The notes beneath the pieces were generated by a model. It was not told the DNA's origin. It did not search any database and worked only from the letters and a program-made list of their open reading frames with translations. Shown piece by piece: positions 28,782 to 48,045 of a DNA stretch of 64,000 nt. A program made the position numbers and the translations under genes. Origin of the DNA: the human T2T-CHM13v2.0 reference genome, Homo sapiens. How positions within the stretch are numbered: position 1 is the stretch's first letter; every line of letters begins with the position of its first letter. The DNA lies in the NCBI RefSeq assembly GCF_009914755.1, contig NC_060947.1. One strand, given 5' to 3'.

Positions 28782-29890
28782 ACAATGAGAACACATGGAC
28801 ACAGGAAGGGGAACATCACACACCGGGGCCTGTTGTGGGGTGGATGGAAGGGGGAGGGATAGCATTAGGAGATATACCTAATGTTAAATGACGAGTTAAT
28901 GGGTGCAGCGCACCAACATGGCACATGTATACATATGTAACAAACCTGCACATTGTGTACATGTACCCTAAAACTTAAAGTGTAATAAAAAAAGAAAGAA
29001 ATATAAAAACACATATAGATTAAAAGCAAATAAACTATGATAACACTAATCAAAACAAAGTCGAATACACTATATTAATTTCAAACAGAGCAGACTTCAG
29101 GGCAAGGAAAGTTATCAGGGATAAAGAGGGGCAATGCATAATGATAAAGAGGTTAATACTCAAGGAAGACACAGTAATCCCTAATGTGTATACACCTAAC
29201 AATAGAGAATCAAAATACATGAAGCAAAACCTGATAGAATTATAAGGAGAAATACATGAATTCAGTGTTATTGTTGGAGACCAGCACCTCTTTATCAGAA
29301 ATGAACAGATCCAGCAGGCAGAAAATTAGTAAGGACAAAGTTGAACTCAACAGCACCATCATTATGTAATATTCTAAATACTTTGTTGTCATTTCAACAA
29401 TGTTCATAGCATCTTCACTAGGAGTAGATCCCTTCTCAAGAAACCACTTCCTTTGCTCATTCATAAGAAGCAACTCCCCATTCATAAAAGTTTTATCATG
29501 AGATTGTAGCAATTAGGCTCCCCTTCTAATTCTAGTTCTCTTACACTTTCTACCACATCTGCTGCTGTTTCCACCACTGAAGGCTTGAACCCTTCAAAGT
29601 CATCCATAAGGGTTGGAATCAGCTTCTTCCAAACTCTTGTTAATGTTGATATTTTGACCTCCACCATATTTGACCTCCACATATTTGACCTCCATTCAAG
29701 AATCATGAATGTTGTTAATGGCATCTAAATGGTAAATCCTTTCCAGAAGGCTTTCAATTTATTTTGCCCAGATCCATCAGAAAAGTCAGTGTCTGTGATA
29801 GCTATAGCCTTATGAAATGTATTTGCTAACTACTAAGACCTGAAAGTCAAAATTATTCCTTGATCTCAGGGCTCCATAGTGGATGTTGTG

Positions 29891-30182
29891 TGTTTTAGTC
29901 CATTTTTGCACTGCTCTAAAGAACTACTTGAGACTGGGGAATTTACAAAGAAAAGAGGTTTAATTGACTCACAGTTCCACATGGCTGGGGATGCCTCAGG
30001 AAACTTACAATCATGTGGAAGGTGACAGGGAAGCAAGACACGTCTTACATTGGCAGTAGGGAGGTGGGGGGACTGCTGCACACTTTTAAACCATCAGTTC
30101 TTGTGAGAACTCACTATTACAAGAATAGCATAGAGGAAGCTGTCCCCATGATCAAATTATCTCCCATCAGGTCCTTTCTCCG
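29891..30182 (-). mobile_element. THE1D/MSTA-like LTR, truncated
   Basis: tgttttagtccattt...gaggtttaattgactcacagttccacatggctgggg...cccatgatcaaattatctcccatcagg; stops before the other LTR terminus. Confidence 0.85.
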
Positions 30183-30188
30183 AGGTCC

Positions 30189-30404
30189 AAAGTATCTTCC
30201 ACTTTGTTTTGATTAGTGTTATCATAGTTTATCTTTATTTACTTTTAATCTATATGTGTCTTTATATCTAAAGTGTCTTTATATTTAAAGTGTCTTCCAC
30301 TTTGTTTTGATTAGTGTTATCATAGTTTATCTTTATTTACTTTTAATCTATATGTGTCTTTATATCTAAAGTGTCTTTATATTTAAAGTGTCTTTATATT
30401 TAAA
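30189..30404 (-). repeat. 98-bp unit x2 plus 17-bp sub-repeats; inverted copy of nearby L1MC sequence
   Basis: Units 30189-30286 and 30287-30384; the reverse complement matches 22848-22866 joined to 29012-29070. Confidence 0.9.
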
Positions 30405-30921
30405 CTCCCATCTCCCTGGGACAGAGCACCTGGGGGAAGGAGTGGCTGTGGATGCAGCTTCAGCGGACTTAAACGTTCCTGCCTGCTGGCTCTGAAGAGA
30501 GCAGCAGATTTCCCAGCACAGCATTCAAGTTCTGCTAAGGGACAGACTGCCTCCTCAAGTGGGTCCCTGACTCCCATCCTCCTGAGTGGGAGACACCTCC
30601 CAGCAGGGGTTGACAGACACCTCATACAGGAGAGTTTTGGCTGGCATCTTGTGGGTGACCCTCTGGGCGAGGCTTCCAGAGGAAGGAGCAGGCAGCAATC
30701 TTTGCTGTTCCGCAGCCTCTGCTGGTGATACTCAGGCAAACAGGGTCTGGAGTGGACCTCCAGCAAACTCCAGCAGACCTGCAGAAGAGGGGCCTGACTG
30801 TTAGAAGGAAAACTAACAAACGAAAAGCAATAACGTCAACATCAAAAAACAGGATGTTCACACAAAAACCCCATCTGAAGGTCACCAACATCAAAGACCA
30901 AAGGTAGATGAATCTACAAAG

Positions 30922-31946
30922 ATGAGGAAAAACCAGTGCAAAAGGCTGAAAATTCCAAAAACCAGTATGCCTCTTCTCCTCCAAGGGATCACAACTCCTT
31001 GCCAGCAAGGGAACAAAACTGGATAGAGAATGAGTTTGACGAACTGACAGAAGTGGGCTTCAGAAGGTGGGTAATAACAAACTCCTCTGAGCTAAAGGAG
31101 CATGTTCTAACCCAATGCAAAGAAGCTAAGAACCTTGAGAAAAGGTTGCAGGAACTGCTAACTAGAATAACCAGTTTAGAGAAGAACATAAATGACCTGA
31201 TGGAGCTGAAAAACACAGCATGAGAACTTCATGAAGCATACACAAGTATCAATCGCCAAATCACTCAAGCAGAAGAAAGGATATCAGAGATTGAAGATCA
31301 ACTTAATGAAATAAAGTGTGAAGACAAGATTAGAGAAAAAAGAATGAAAAGGAACAAACAAAGCCTCCAAGAAATATGGGACTATGTGAAAAGACCAAAC
31401 CTACGTTTGATTGGTGTACCTGAAAGTGATGGGGAGCATAGAACCAAACTTGAAAACACTCTTCAGGATATTATCCATGAGAACTTCCCCAACCCAGCAA
31501 GGCATGCCAAAATTAAAATTCAGGAAATACAGAGAACACCACAAAGATATTCCTTGAGAAGAGCAATCCCAAGACACATAATCGACAGATTCACCAAGGT
31601 TGAAATGAAGGAAAAAATGTTAAGGGCAGGCAGAGAGAAAGATCGGGTTACCCACAAAGGAAAGCTCATCAGACTAACAGCGGATCTCTCTGCAGAAACC
31701 CTACAAGCCAGAAGAGAGTGGGGGCCAATATTCAACATGCTTAAAGAAAAGATTTCTCAACCCAGAATTTCATATCCAGCCAAACTAAGCTTCATAAGTG
31801 AAGGAGAAATAAAATCCTTTACAGACAAGCAAATGCTGAGGGATTTTGTCACCACCAGGCCTACTTTACAAGAGCTCCTGAAGGAAGCACTAAATATGGA
31901 AAGGAAAAACCAGTACCAGCCACTGCAAAAACATATCAAAATGTAA
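30922..31946 (+). pseudogene. L1 ORF1p, disrupted
   Basis: atgaggaaaaaccag at 30922; fragments 30936..31223 and 31344..31946. Confidence 0.88.
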
Positions 31947-32009
31947 AGACCATCAACACTATGAAGAAACTGCATCAACAAACGGGCAAAAAAACCAGCT
32001 AGTATCATA

Positions 32010-35846
<3,837 letters not shown>

Positions 35847-38800
35847 ACAGTGAGAACACATGGACACGAGGAGGGGAACATCTCACACTGGGGCCTGTCA
35901 GGGGGTGTGGGCTAAGGGAGGGATAGCATTAGGAGAAATACCTAATGTAGATGACGGGTTGATGGGTGCAGTAAGCCACCATGGCTCATGTATGCCTATG
36001 TAACAAACCTTCAAGTCCTGCACATGTATTCCAGAACTTAAAGTATAATAAAAAAACAAAAAATCAGTATTGGCTTCAACTTGAAGTCATCAGCTGCATT
36101 ATCCCTCAGTGAGTGAGTCAAGCCTGTCCTTTGAAGCTTTGAAGCCAGATAGTGACTTCTGTCTAGCTATGAAAGCCCTAGATGGCGTCTACTTCCAATA
36201 TAAGTCCGTTTTATCTACGTTGAAAATCTGTTGATGAAATGTAGCCATCTTTATCAATGTTCTTAGCTAGATCTTCTGGATAACCTGCTGCACCTTCCAC
36301 ATCGGCACCTGCTTCTTCACTTTGCACTTTTATGTTATTGAGATAGCTTCTTTCCTTAAGCCTCATGAACCAACCTCTTCCAGCTTCATACATTTATTTT
36401 GCAGCTTCCTAACCTCTCTCAGCCTTAATAGAATTGAAGAGAGTTAGGGCCTTACTCTGGTTCAGACTTTGGCTTAAGGGAATTTTGTGGCTGGTTTGAT
36501 CTTCTATCCAGACCACTAAAATTTTCCCCATATCAGCAATAAGGCTTTTTTAAACTTTCTTACCATTTGTGCATTCCCTCGAGTAGCACTTCTAACTTCC
36601 TTCAAGAACTTTTCCTTTGCATTTATAAGTTGGCTAACTATTTGGCAAAAGAGGCTTAGCTTTTGACCTATTTTGGATTTTGACATGCTTTCCTCACTAA
36701 CCTTAATCATTTCTAGCTTTTGATTTAAAGTGAGAAATGTGTGAGTCTTCCTTTCATTGGAACACGTAGAGGCCATTATAAGGATATTAACTGACCCAAT
36801 TCAATATTATTGTGTCTCAGGGAATAGGGAGAACTGAGGAGAGGGAGAGAGATGGGAGAATAGCCAGTCAGTGGAGCAGTCAGAACACACACAATATTTA
36901 ACAATTAAGTTTACCAACTTATATGGATGCAGTTCATGGAGCCCCAAAACAATTACAATAACAACCTCAAAGACCACTGATCACAAATCATCATTAACAG
37001 ATAGAATAATAATGAAAAAATTTGAAATAATGTGAGAATTACCAATATGTGACACAGATACATGAAGTGAGCATATGCTATTGGGAAAATGTCACTGATA
37101 GACTTTCTCAATGCAGGGTTAATACAAACCTTCAATTTGTAAAAAAGCATAGTATCTGTGAAACACAATAAAGAGAATCACAATAAAATGAAGTTTGTTT
37201 GTATCAAAAATGAAAGTGAAAATATCAGCACAGTTTCTATGGACATTGAAAGATAACAATGGAATATTGTGAACAACTCTGTGCCCACAAATTTGATAAC
37301 CTAGGTGAAATGCATGAATTCTTTAAAAGACATAATCTGCCAAAACTCATACAAGTAGAAATAGGCAATCTGAATAGGCCTATATCTATAAAATAAATTG
37401 AATCAATAGTTAACACCTTTGAAAACAAAATGTACCAGCTCCAGCTGGGTTCACTGATAAATTATACCAAACATTTAAGTGTGAAATTATATCAATTCTC
37501 TACAATCTCTTCTAGAAGATAGAAGCCAAGGGAATTCTTCCTAACTCATTCTGTGATGTCAGCGTTATGCTAACACTGAACCTGACAAAGATGTTACAAG
37601 AAAAGAAAATAACAGACCAATATCTCTCGTGAGCATAGACGTAAACATCCTCAATAAAATATTAACAAATCAAATCCAAGAATGTATAAAAAGAATTATA
37701 CCCTACAACCAAGTGAGATTTATCCCAGGTATGCAAGATTGGTTTAACATTTGAAAATCAATTAATGTAATCTATTATATCAACAGGCTAAAGAAGAAAA
37801 AAAATCACCTGATCATATTAATAGATGCAGAAAAAGCATTTAACAAAATCCAACACCTATTCATGATAAAACTCTCAGCAAACAAGGAATAGAGAAGAGC
37901 TTCTTCAACTTGATAAAGAACATCTGCAAAACTCTCAGAGCTAACATCATACTTAATGGTAAGAAACTCAAAGCTGTCCCACTAAGATCAGAAACAAGGT
38001 TAGGATGTTCTCTCTCACCACTTCTTTTCAACATTGCACTGGAAGTCCCAGCTAATGCCATAAAACAATAAAAGGAAATAACAGGTATACAGACTAGGAG
38101 GGAAGAACTCAAACTATCTTTTGTTTGCGGATGACGTAATTGTCTATGTAGAAAATCCAAAATAACTGACCAAAAAATTACTGGAACTAATAAGCAATTA
38201 TGGCAAAATTGTGGGACACAAGGTTAATATACAAAAATCAATTGCTTTCCCATATATCAGAGCAAGTGGAATTTGAAATTAAAAACACATTAGCATTCAC
38301 ATTAGCACTCCTAATATGAAATATTTAGGTATAAATCCAACAAAATATGTACAAGATCTATATTAGGAAAACTACAAAACTCTAATGAAAAATATCAAAG
38401 AGTGAAATAAATAAAGGGATATTCTATGCTCATAGATAGGAAGACTCAATATTATGAAGATATCAGTTCTTCTGATCTTGAGCTAAAGAGTCAATGCAAT
38501 TCCCATCAGAATCCTAGCAAGTCCAATTTTGTGGTTATCAATAAACTGATTTTAACATTTATTTAGAGAGGCAAAACACCCAGAACAGCCCTCTGAATAT
38601 TGAAAGATAAGAACAAAATTAAGGGACTGACACCACCCTACTTCAAGATTTACTATAAAGCTACAGTAATCAAGACAGTGTAGTACTGGTAAAAGAATAG
38701 ACAAATAGATCAGTGGAATATAATAGAGAGGCCAGAAATAGACTCATACATATAGTCAACTTATCTTTAACAAAGGAGCAAAGGCAATGCAATAAAGCAA

Positions 38801-39190
38801 ATACAGTTTTTTCAACAATGGTGCTGGAACAACTGGACATGCACATGCAGAAAAATGAACATAGACACAGACTTTATACCCTTCATGAGAATTAACTAAA
38901 AATAGATTATGAATCTAAATGTAAAATGCAAAACTGTGAAGCTCCTAGAAGATATCATAGGAAAAAACCAAATTGACTTTAGGTATGGTGATGACGTTTT
39001 AGATACAACACCAAAGGCACAATCCATGAAATAAATAGTTGATAAGCTAGATATCATTAAAATGAACACTTCTGCTCTACAAAAGACAAGGTCAAGAGAA
39101 TGAGCAGACAAACCACAGACTGGCAGATATTTGCAAAAGACACAAGTGATAAAGGACTGTTACACAAGAGTCCTTAAAAAGAGTCCTTAA

Positions 39191-39513
<323 letters not shown>

Positions 39514-39686
39514 TCAACAGTTAGACAACAAACAACCCAATTAAAAATGGGCAAAAAAAAAAACTTGAGCAGACATGTCACCAAAGAAAATATACACATG
39601 GCAATTATGCAAATGAAACAATGTCCAACATCGTATGTGTTTACGGAATTGTAAATTAAAACAACAACGAGATACCACTCAATACC

Positions 39687-40373
39687 AAAGACACATGCAC
39701 ACGTATGTTTATTGCGGCACTATTCACAATAGCAAAGACTTGGAACCAACCCAAATGTCCATCAATGATAGACTGGATTAAGAAAATGTGGCACATATCA
39801 CAGGAAGGGGAACATCACACACTGGGGCCTGTTGTGGGGTTGGGGGAGGGGGGAGGGATAGCATTAGGAGATATATCTAATGTTAAATGACGAGTTAATG
39901 GGTGCAGCACACCAACATGGCACATGTATACATATGTAACAAACCTGCACATTGTGCACATGTACCCTAAAACTTAAAGTATAATAATAAAAAAAGAAAA
40001 CGTGGCACATATACACCATGGAATACTATGCAGCCATAAAAAATGATGAGTTCATGTCCTTTGTAGGGCACATGGATGAAGCTGGAAACCATCATTCTCA
40101 GCAAACTATCACAAGGACAGAAAACCAAACACCGCATGTTCTCACTCATAGGTGGGAATTGAGCAATGAGAACACTTGGACACAGGAAGGGGAACATCAC
40201 ACACTGGGGCCTGTCGTGGGGTGGGGGGAGGGGGAGGGATAGCATTAGGAGATATACCTAATGTAAATGATGATTTAATGGTTGCAGCACACCAATATGG
40301 CACATGTATACATATGTAACAAACTTGCACGTTGTGCACATGTACCCTAGAACTTAAAGTATATAAAAAAAAA
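39687..40373 (+). mobile_element. L1PA5-like 3' fragment containing a nested L1PA 3' end
   Basis: ORF2 tail is interrupted at 39798 and resumes at 39994; ends ccctagaacttaaagtatataaaaaaaa. Confidence 0.88.
39799..39993 (+). mobile_element. L1PA4-like 3' UTR-only insertion
   Basis: 19-bp TSD aagaaaa(t/c)gtggcacatat at 39780-39798 and 39994-40012. Confidence 0.9.
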
Positions 40374-41116
40374 ATGGACAAAATCTAAAACACTAACAAT
40401 ACCAAATACTGGCAAGGACGTGGAGCAAAAGGAACTCTCATTTATAGCTGGTGGAAATGCAAAATGGTAGAGCCACTTTGGAGGACACTTTGGCAGTTTT
40501 TTTACAAAACTGAACATACTCTTACCACAGGATCCAGTAATCATGCTCTTTGGTATTTATTCAAATGAATTGAAAGCTTATGTCCACACAAAAACCTGCA
40601 CACAATGTTTATAGGAGATTTATCCATAATTGCCACAACTTGGAAGCAACCAAGATGTCCTTCTGTAGGTGAGTGAATAAACTGTGGTACATCTAGACAA
40701 TGGAATATTATTCAGCACTAAAAAGAAATGAGCTGCCAAGCCATGAAAAGACATGGAAGAAACTTAAATGCATATTACTAAGAGAAAGAAGCCAATCTGG
40801 AAAGGCTACATACTGTATGATGCCAATTACATGACATTCTGAAAAAGAGAAAAGTATGGAGGTAATAAAGGGATCCGTGGTTACCAGATGTTAAGGGGGA
40901 GAGAGGGATGAGGACACTGAGCACAGATGATTTTTAGGGCAGTGAAACTGTTCTGTATTGGGCACATGTCGTTATGCATTTGTCCAAACCTGTAGAATGT
41001 ACAACTTCAAGAGTGAAACCTAATGTAAACTATGTACTTTAGGTGATAATGATGTATAGATTTATCTATTGTAAGAAATGTGCTACTGTGACTCAGGATG
41101 TTGATAGTACCAGCGA

Positions 41117-41152
<36 letters not shown>

Positions 41153-41299
41153 ATGGTAGGTATATGGGAACTCTGTATTTTCCACTCACTTTGGCCTTGT
41201 ACCTAAAGCCAATATAAAAATAAAGTTTATCAATTAAAATAAAGAAATATCATCTTGAATAAAAGTTTTTTTCTTTTAAAAAGTGGTAGCCATTTACTT

Positions 41300-41835
41300 T
41301 AAAAATAATTTTTAGGCATAATTTACATACAATAACATTTACTTATTTTAGGTGAATCATTTAATGAATTTTGACAATTGAATACAGTCATGTCCCCATC
41401 ATCACAGTGAAGATAAAGAATATTTCTATGCTTCTAAATAATTCCTGTTAACTCCTTTGTGGTAGATTCCCTCTCCCCAGTCCCTGGCCCTGGGCAATCA
41501 CGGATCTACTTTGTCACTACAGTTTTGCCTGTTGAGGATTCCTCATAAATGGAATCATACTGTATGTAGCCTTTTGTTTCTTGCTTTTTTCACTGAGTGT
41601 GTTTCTCTGGAGAGCCATCAATGCTATTGCATGTATCATAGTTCATTTCTTTTTTATAGTGGAATAGTATTCCATTGTATGACTCTACCATCTACTGTTG
41701 GATATTTGGGTTGAAATAAGTATTCAAATATTTATTTGAGATAAATGTTACAAAACTGGCTATGAACAATCATGTGAAAGTCTTTGTATGGACATAGTTG
41801 TTCATTTCCCCTTGGTAAATACTTAGGAGGGGCTG
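41300..41835 (-). mobile_element. L1ME-like 3' end
   Basis: ggcataatttacatacaat...ccctgggcaatcacggatctactttgtc...cataaatggaatcatactgtatgtagcc. Confidence 0.7.
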
Positions 41836-42227
41836 ATAACTTTTCATCTTTGAAATACGTTTTTGAAGAAAACAAAGCAGCCTAAGGGTTAATCTGTACA
41901 TCAGAACCAAAAGGGCTATGTCTGGTGCTTCGTTTGCCTGCTGCCTAATAAAGCACAAAGAAGCACCTCTGATTACAGACAGATTAACTTTCAGCTGACT
42001 GTATCTAAAGTCCTATTCCCCACTAATTCCAACACCACACAGTGCAAGCAATCCCTAATGCCATTTGTTGAGAATGGATAAAGTTGATGGGTTTTTGCTC
42101 TGCCCAGAGATTTTTTCTATGAATTTACTAAATTTATGAAAATTCATAAACTAAAGGTTTCTATTATTCTGCATGCTTAATTCAACTATTGTTAATCTAC
42201 TAAAAGGCTATTAAGCAGGTTGTTTTC

Positions 42228-42541
<314 letters not shown>

Positions 42542-42599
42542 TGTTTTCAGCTTTCTTAATGAACATTTGCTTTCATAAAATTTGCTGCCCCCATACATG

Positions 42600-44340
42600 C
42601 TGTGTATATTCTCACCTTTGTACCTTAACTCATGCTGTTCCCTGTTCCCAGACTTCCCTTTCCCTACATCTTGACATGTCCAAAGCCTATCTATTCTTTT
42701 ACACCTACATCTGGCCTTTCCCCTGAAGGTCCTACAGAAGTTTCTATGTCTCTTTCTATGTCTTGTCTCTTTCCCATCCCCCTCCCTTCTTCTCTTACTT
42801 TTTCCTGAAGCCCCTTAACCTTCCATTTCGTATTCTGAATGCTTTTGCCATATATTCAATGTTAACTTTGGGGCCTATTGAGAACAGGAGTAATATTGAA
42901 TAACTTTGGATATGCTCAGAATGACTAGATCATGGACATACTTGGTACTTAGAATACATTAAGTCACAAGATTTTCATGGAGTGTTGACTATGTGCCAGG
43001 CATGGGGCTAGGTGCTGAGTGTGCAAAGGTAAATGACAGACTCTGCTCTCAAGGTGCTCTGATGTGGTAAGTTAGAGGCATCCACAGGGGACTGTGGAAA
43101 TCCAGATGAGGTGGCTTAAGTGACTTTTATGGAAGAATAAATTAGGAGAGGCTTTCTGAAATGAGGTGATGCCTGAGATGAGACTTGAAGGTTTACTGGG
43201 CAAGGTTAAAGGAGAACATTCCAAGAAAAGGTGATGGTATGAACAAAGACTAAATCTCATTGTGGCAAACTATAGGGCATTCAAAGCTTTCTAGAAGACA
43301 GCCCAAGTATCCTCAGAAAACTCCTTCGTCCTTCACCAACAGTTCAGTCCACAGTTACTCTAGCAAACCCACTGCTTTCCTTTCCCTGTACAGAAAATGT
43401 GAATTTCCTCTTCTATCCCTTCACCTAGGCATTCCTTCTACTCAGAACACCTTATCCTTTTTTTTAACCCTTCTATACCATGTCTGGTATTTTACTTTCC
43501 TTACAACATTGTCTCAAGATTTCTTCATCTAAGAAGTTTTCTCTGATTAATTCCAACCAACTCTCACTATCCTTCACTCAGTTTCAATTGGAGCAGTTTT
43601 TGATATTATGTACAGCAGATGAATTTGAGTCCTTGTCTTAGCTGTGAATCTTTCAGGTTGGTTGAGCTTAAGAAACTTCCTTAATGTTCTAATTATTAAC
43701 ATAATAGAGATATGCCTCTCAGAGAGTGGTGGTGATGGTCTAAAGAGGTCCAAGATGTAGGGTGCTTAGCACAGTGCCTGGCAAATAGTAAATCCCAAAT
43801 AAAGGGCATTAGTAATTGTTGTCATTAATAATCATTGTTCTCAGCTTGTTTCAAGTGCACATATTTTAACTCCACAGTTATTGCTCAGCCTCTTAAAAGC
43901 TGGGACTCAGTCTTTGTTCAGCATGATTTCACACTGTTTGGCACAGGTATGTACTCCATAAATGTTAATTTCTAGCTTGCCTATGTGACCTAATTGGTTA
44001 AATTCAACACTCTATTTCTGATGACTTATATTTTTCAATCATTCAACCCCATTATAATTTTACTGATGGATGAGAATCTGCCATCTGAGCTGAAAGCCAA
44101 TCCAACACAGACTTCTTATATGCCCAGCATTAAGGTAGGTGCTATTGGGGGATGTATATATTAATAACAACAGTGACCATTTAGGGCAGGAATTGCAATC
44201 CCAATTGAAAGATGAAAAAAACTAAGACTCAAGGAGGTCAAAATGTTGGTGATGGTCACATCTCCTACAGTTAATGAAAAGTAGAAATAAGATCAGAAGT
44301 CAGGTCTTCCTTTAGTTCTGTGCTCTTCCATATACCACGA
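42600..44340. mobile_element. Degenerate L2 and MIR fragments
   Basis: L2 minus about 42960-43270 (gactatgtgccaggcatggggctagg); MIR plus about 43610-43830 (gtgcttagcacagtgcctggc); MIR minus about 44160-44340. Confidence 0.55.
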
Positions 44341-44938
44341 CCTTTCTAGAGCCTTTCCTGACCCTCTGAAGGCTTCTAGGAGAGAGCGAAAACAATAGCA
44401 GCCAGGAGTGCCTTACTCTTTCACATCTATTACAAATTGTCAGAGAATCTGTAATGCTCAGTACATTCATCGTGCATCTCAATTGCCCACGCTGCTTCCT
44501 TAGTGCTGTCACTCACTCTGGGGGTCTCCAAGGAGACAATGCACATTCTGACAATCAGCTCTTGGCACCTTCACCTTGATATTTTTGCAAACATTTACAT
44601 TGCTGGGTTCATTCCTTCAGTTTTGAGGTGTTGTTTTATATAAAACTGTGTGGTCCTTCAATTCATGCTGACTGGAAATTGGGCTCCAGTGTCCCCAAAC
44701 CACGATGCTCCCAGAATTGGAGAACTGAAAACAAAGACAGTATGAAGAAACATAGCCTTTGTCCCTACGGATAATTAGGAATTCTGGGGTCATATTAAAT
44801 AGACACACAACCTATCAAACATCTTGGAGCTGTCTCTATCCACTACATCTTATTGAAAACCAAAGGGGAGAGTAGGGGAGCAGAGTTGGGGTGAGAAGAA
44901 AGTTGTCAGAGGCACAGTAGTAATTAAGAGTAAGACCA

Positions 44939-45080
44939 GCTAGGTGTGGTTGCTCACACCTGTAATCCCAGCACTTTGGGAAGCTGAGGCAGGAGGATGG
45001 CTTCAGGCCAGGAGTTAGAGAGACCAGCATGGGCCACATAGTGAGACTCTGTCTCTACCAAAAATAAAATAAAATAAATA
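44939..45080 (+). mobile_element. FLAM_C-like Alu monomer inserted in a MIR
   Basis: Left-arm monomer with A-rich tail; TSD aagagtaag(g)acca at 44926-44938 and 45081-45094. Confidence 0.85.
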
Positions 45081-45280
45081 AAGAGTAAGGACCAAGGTGT
45101 TAGTATTAATCCCGCCTCTCCTTGGCATTGTGAATTTGGTCAGGTTCTAAGCCTCTCTGAATTTCAGTTTCCTTATCTGCAAAAATGCAAATTATTTTTG
45201 TTTGGTGGGAGGACGGGAAGGAGGTAACTACAGAATAAGACAGATATTAAGTTTAGAAATCAGTCAAGGTGAAAACATGG

Positions 45281-46500
<1,220 letters not shown>

Positions 46501-47551
46501 AAATGAGGTTCTTTTCTGTCCCCAACCCCTGCCCAACCCTACCACCATCTTTGGAAGAAAGGCTCTGGATCCAGAAAGGAGTGTTGGGTCTACACCATGT
46601 CTGTTAGAGTGAAACTCTCTGATATGCATGGATTTCAAAATTCCTTCACTGGCAGATGCTATAAATTGGCATTTGAGGAATGATCCAGAGGCAGCTGAAC
46701 CTACCTAATTTTTAAATGAGCAAATCCTAATGCGAATGCTCTTTTTCCCCCAGTCTCTGAAACTTACTATGAGTAAAATCACTATAATAACAATATGGAG
46801 ACATTTATAGCAAATCATTAAAGAAATTCCATTTTCTGTGAGCAAACACAATTTAAGCACTTAACAGCTAAGCTTCTTAAGATTTAGAGCTGACTAGGGA
46901 GCAATTAGGACTGGGTTTTAATTAATACACATGAACTCAGGGGGTTCTGCCAGGAAGAAAGGCTAACTTAGTAAGTAGTGGAAACAGCTTTTGGATTTAA
47001 TTCAGAATATCTCTCAGACATCTTCTTGGAATAGAACACAATTAAACAAATCCTTAACTTATGCACTAATTACAACATGCTATATTCATCTCCCCCTCAT
47101 CCACAACACCCTCGTCATTCAGCCTGACAAGCAAAATATTTGGGGGTGGGGAATGACTGCTGATTTTTAAATGACTATTAAACAGTTAAACTTATCAGCT
47201 ATTCAACAGAAATAGGAACTCCCTCCCTGCTAAATGAGACTGATTAATTAACTGTTGTGTTTGGTGAACTCTGTCCAATGGCAATTTGGAATGCAGCACC
47301 TTCAGCACCTGCATCTAAAGGGGAAAAAGCTAGAAGGGAAAGACCAAGGTACTGAATGCCCCTTGTACATGACCAATTTTCAGGGTTATAAGTCTTCCCC
47401 TTCCCAATTGCCTAGAACTTCTGTAACCCATTCTTGTTAGCTCTTAAGCTGAATGGCTATTTCAGGATATCCACAGCTTGCAAAGTTCCACGTCTAATTA
47501 TTTCTGGGAGTCTCCAGGAGTCCTTTGCTAAGAAACACAGTTCAGATTTGT

Positions 47552-48045
47552 GTGTCAGTTTGGATCCTCTGGGAAGCTAAGATAGAGTTTGAAAGGCAAG
47601 ATACTTATTCATGTAATGCCCATGAAAGATAAAGGGGAGAGGGACCTGGAGTAGGCAGGGAGAGCCTCCAGGCCACAAAGCTGGCCTAGCACCTGTGAGA
47701 GGAGAGGGGAACAAAGGAGGATTGGGTGTGAAGAAGCTCAGACACTGATTAGTTTGGAGAAAATCTTGGCCAGCCCAACTGGCACCAATCTGGCACCAAG
47801 ATTTCCCATAGAGGTGGGCCACGCTGGGCAGAGCTGGCCAGGGTCCTAACACCCTGCCATTCTCTGTCACTGGCCATGGGCAGGCTGGGAAAGGCATGGC
47901 CTCAGCTCAGTGCTGCAGTGGATCCCTATAGCACCACAGCAGCAAGATGCTCTCTGCTAACTGTACCCCTTGCAGGACCAGCCATTGCTTTCCTGAAGGG
48001 AGATCCCAGCAACACCCCTTCCCTCCATGGCTGCCAGAGGAATAC
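47552..48045 (-). mobile_element. LTR16C-like ERVL LTR
   Basis: tgtgtcagtttggatcctctgggaag...ggcagggagagcctc...gggaaaggcatggcctcagc. Confidence 0.6.

Noticed and set aside
29649-29695. Three copies of atatttgacctcca
   Set aside because: Ordinary slippage duplication inside Tigger1.
30189-30404. CRISPR-like or satellite array
   Set aside because: There are only two long units and no unique spacers. The context is eukaryotic and the source sequence is identifiable nearby.
36516-36776. TIGD1-like domesticated transposase gene
   Set aside because: It is a short frameshifted fragment of an interrupted Tigger1 copy.
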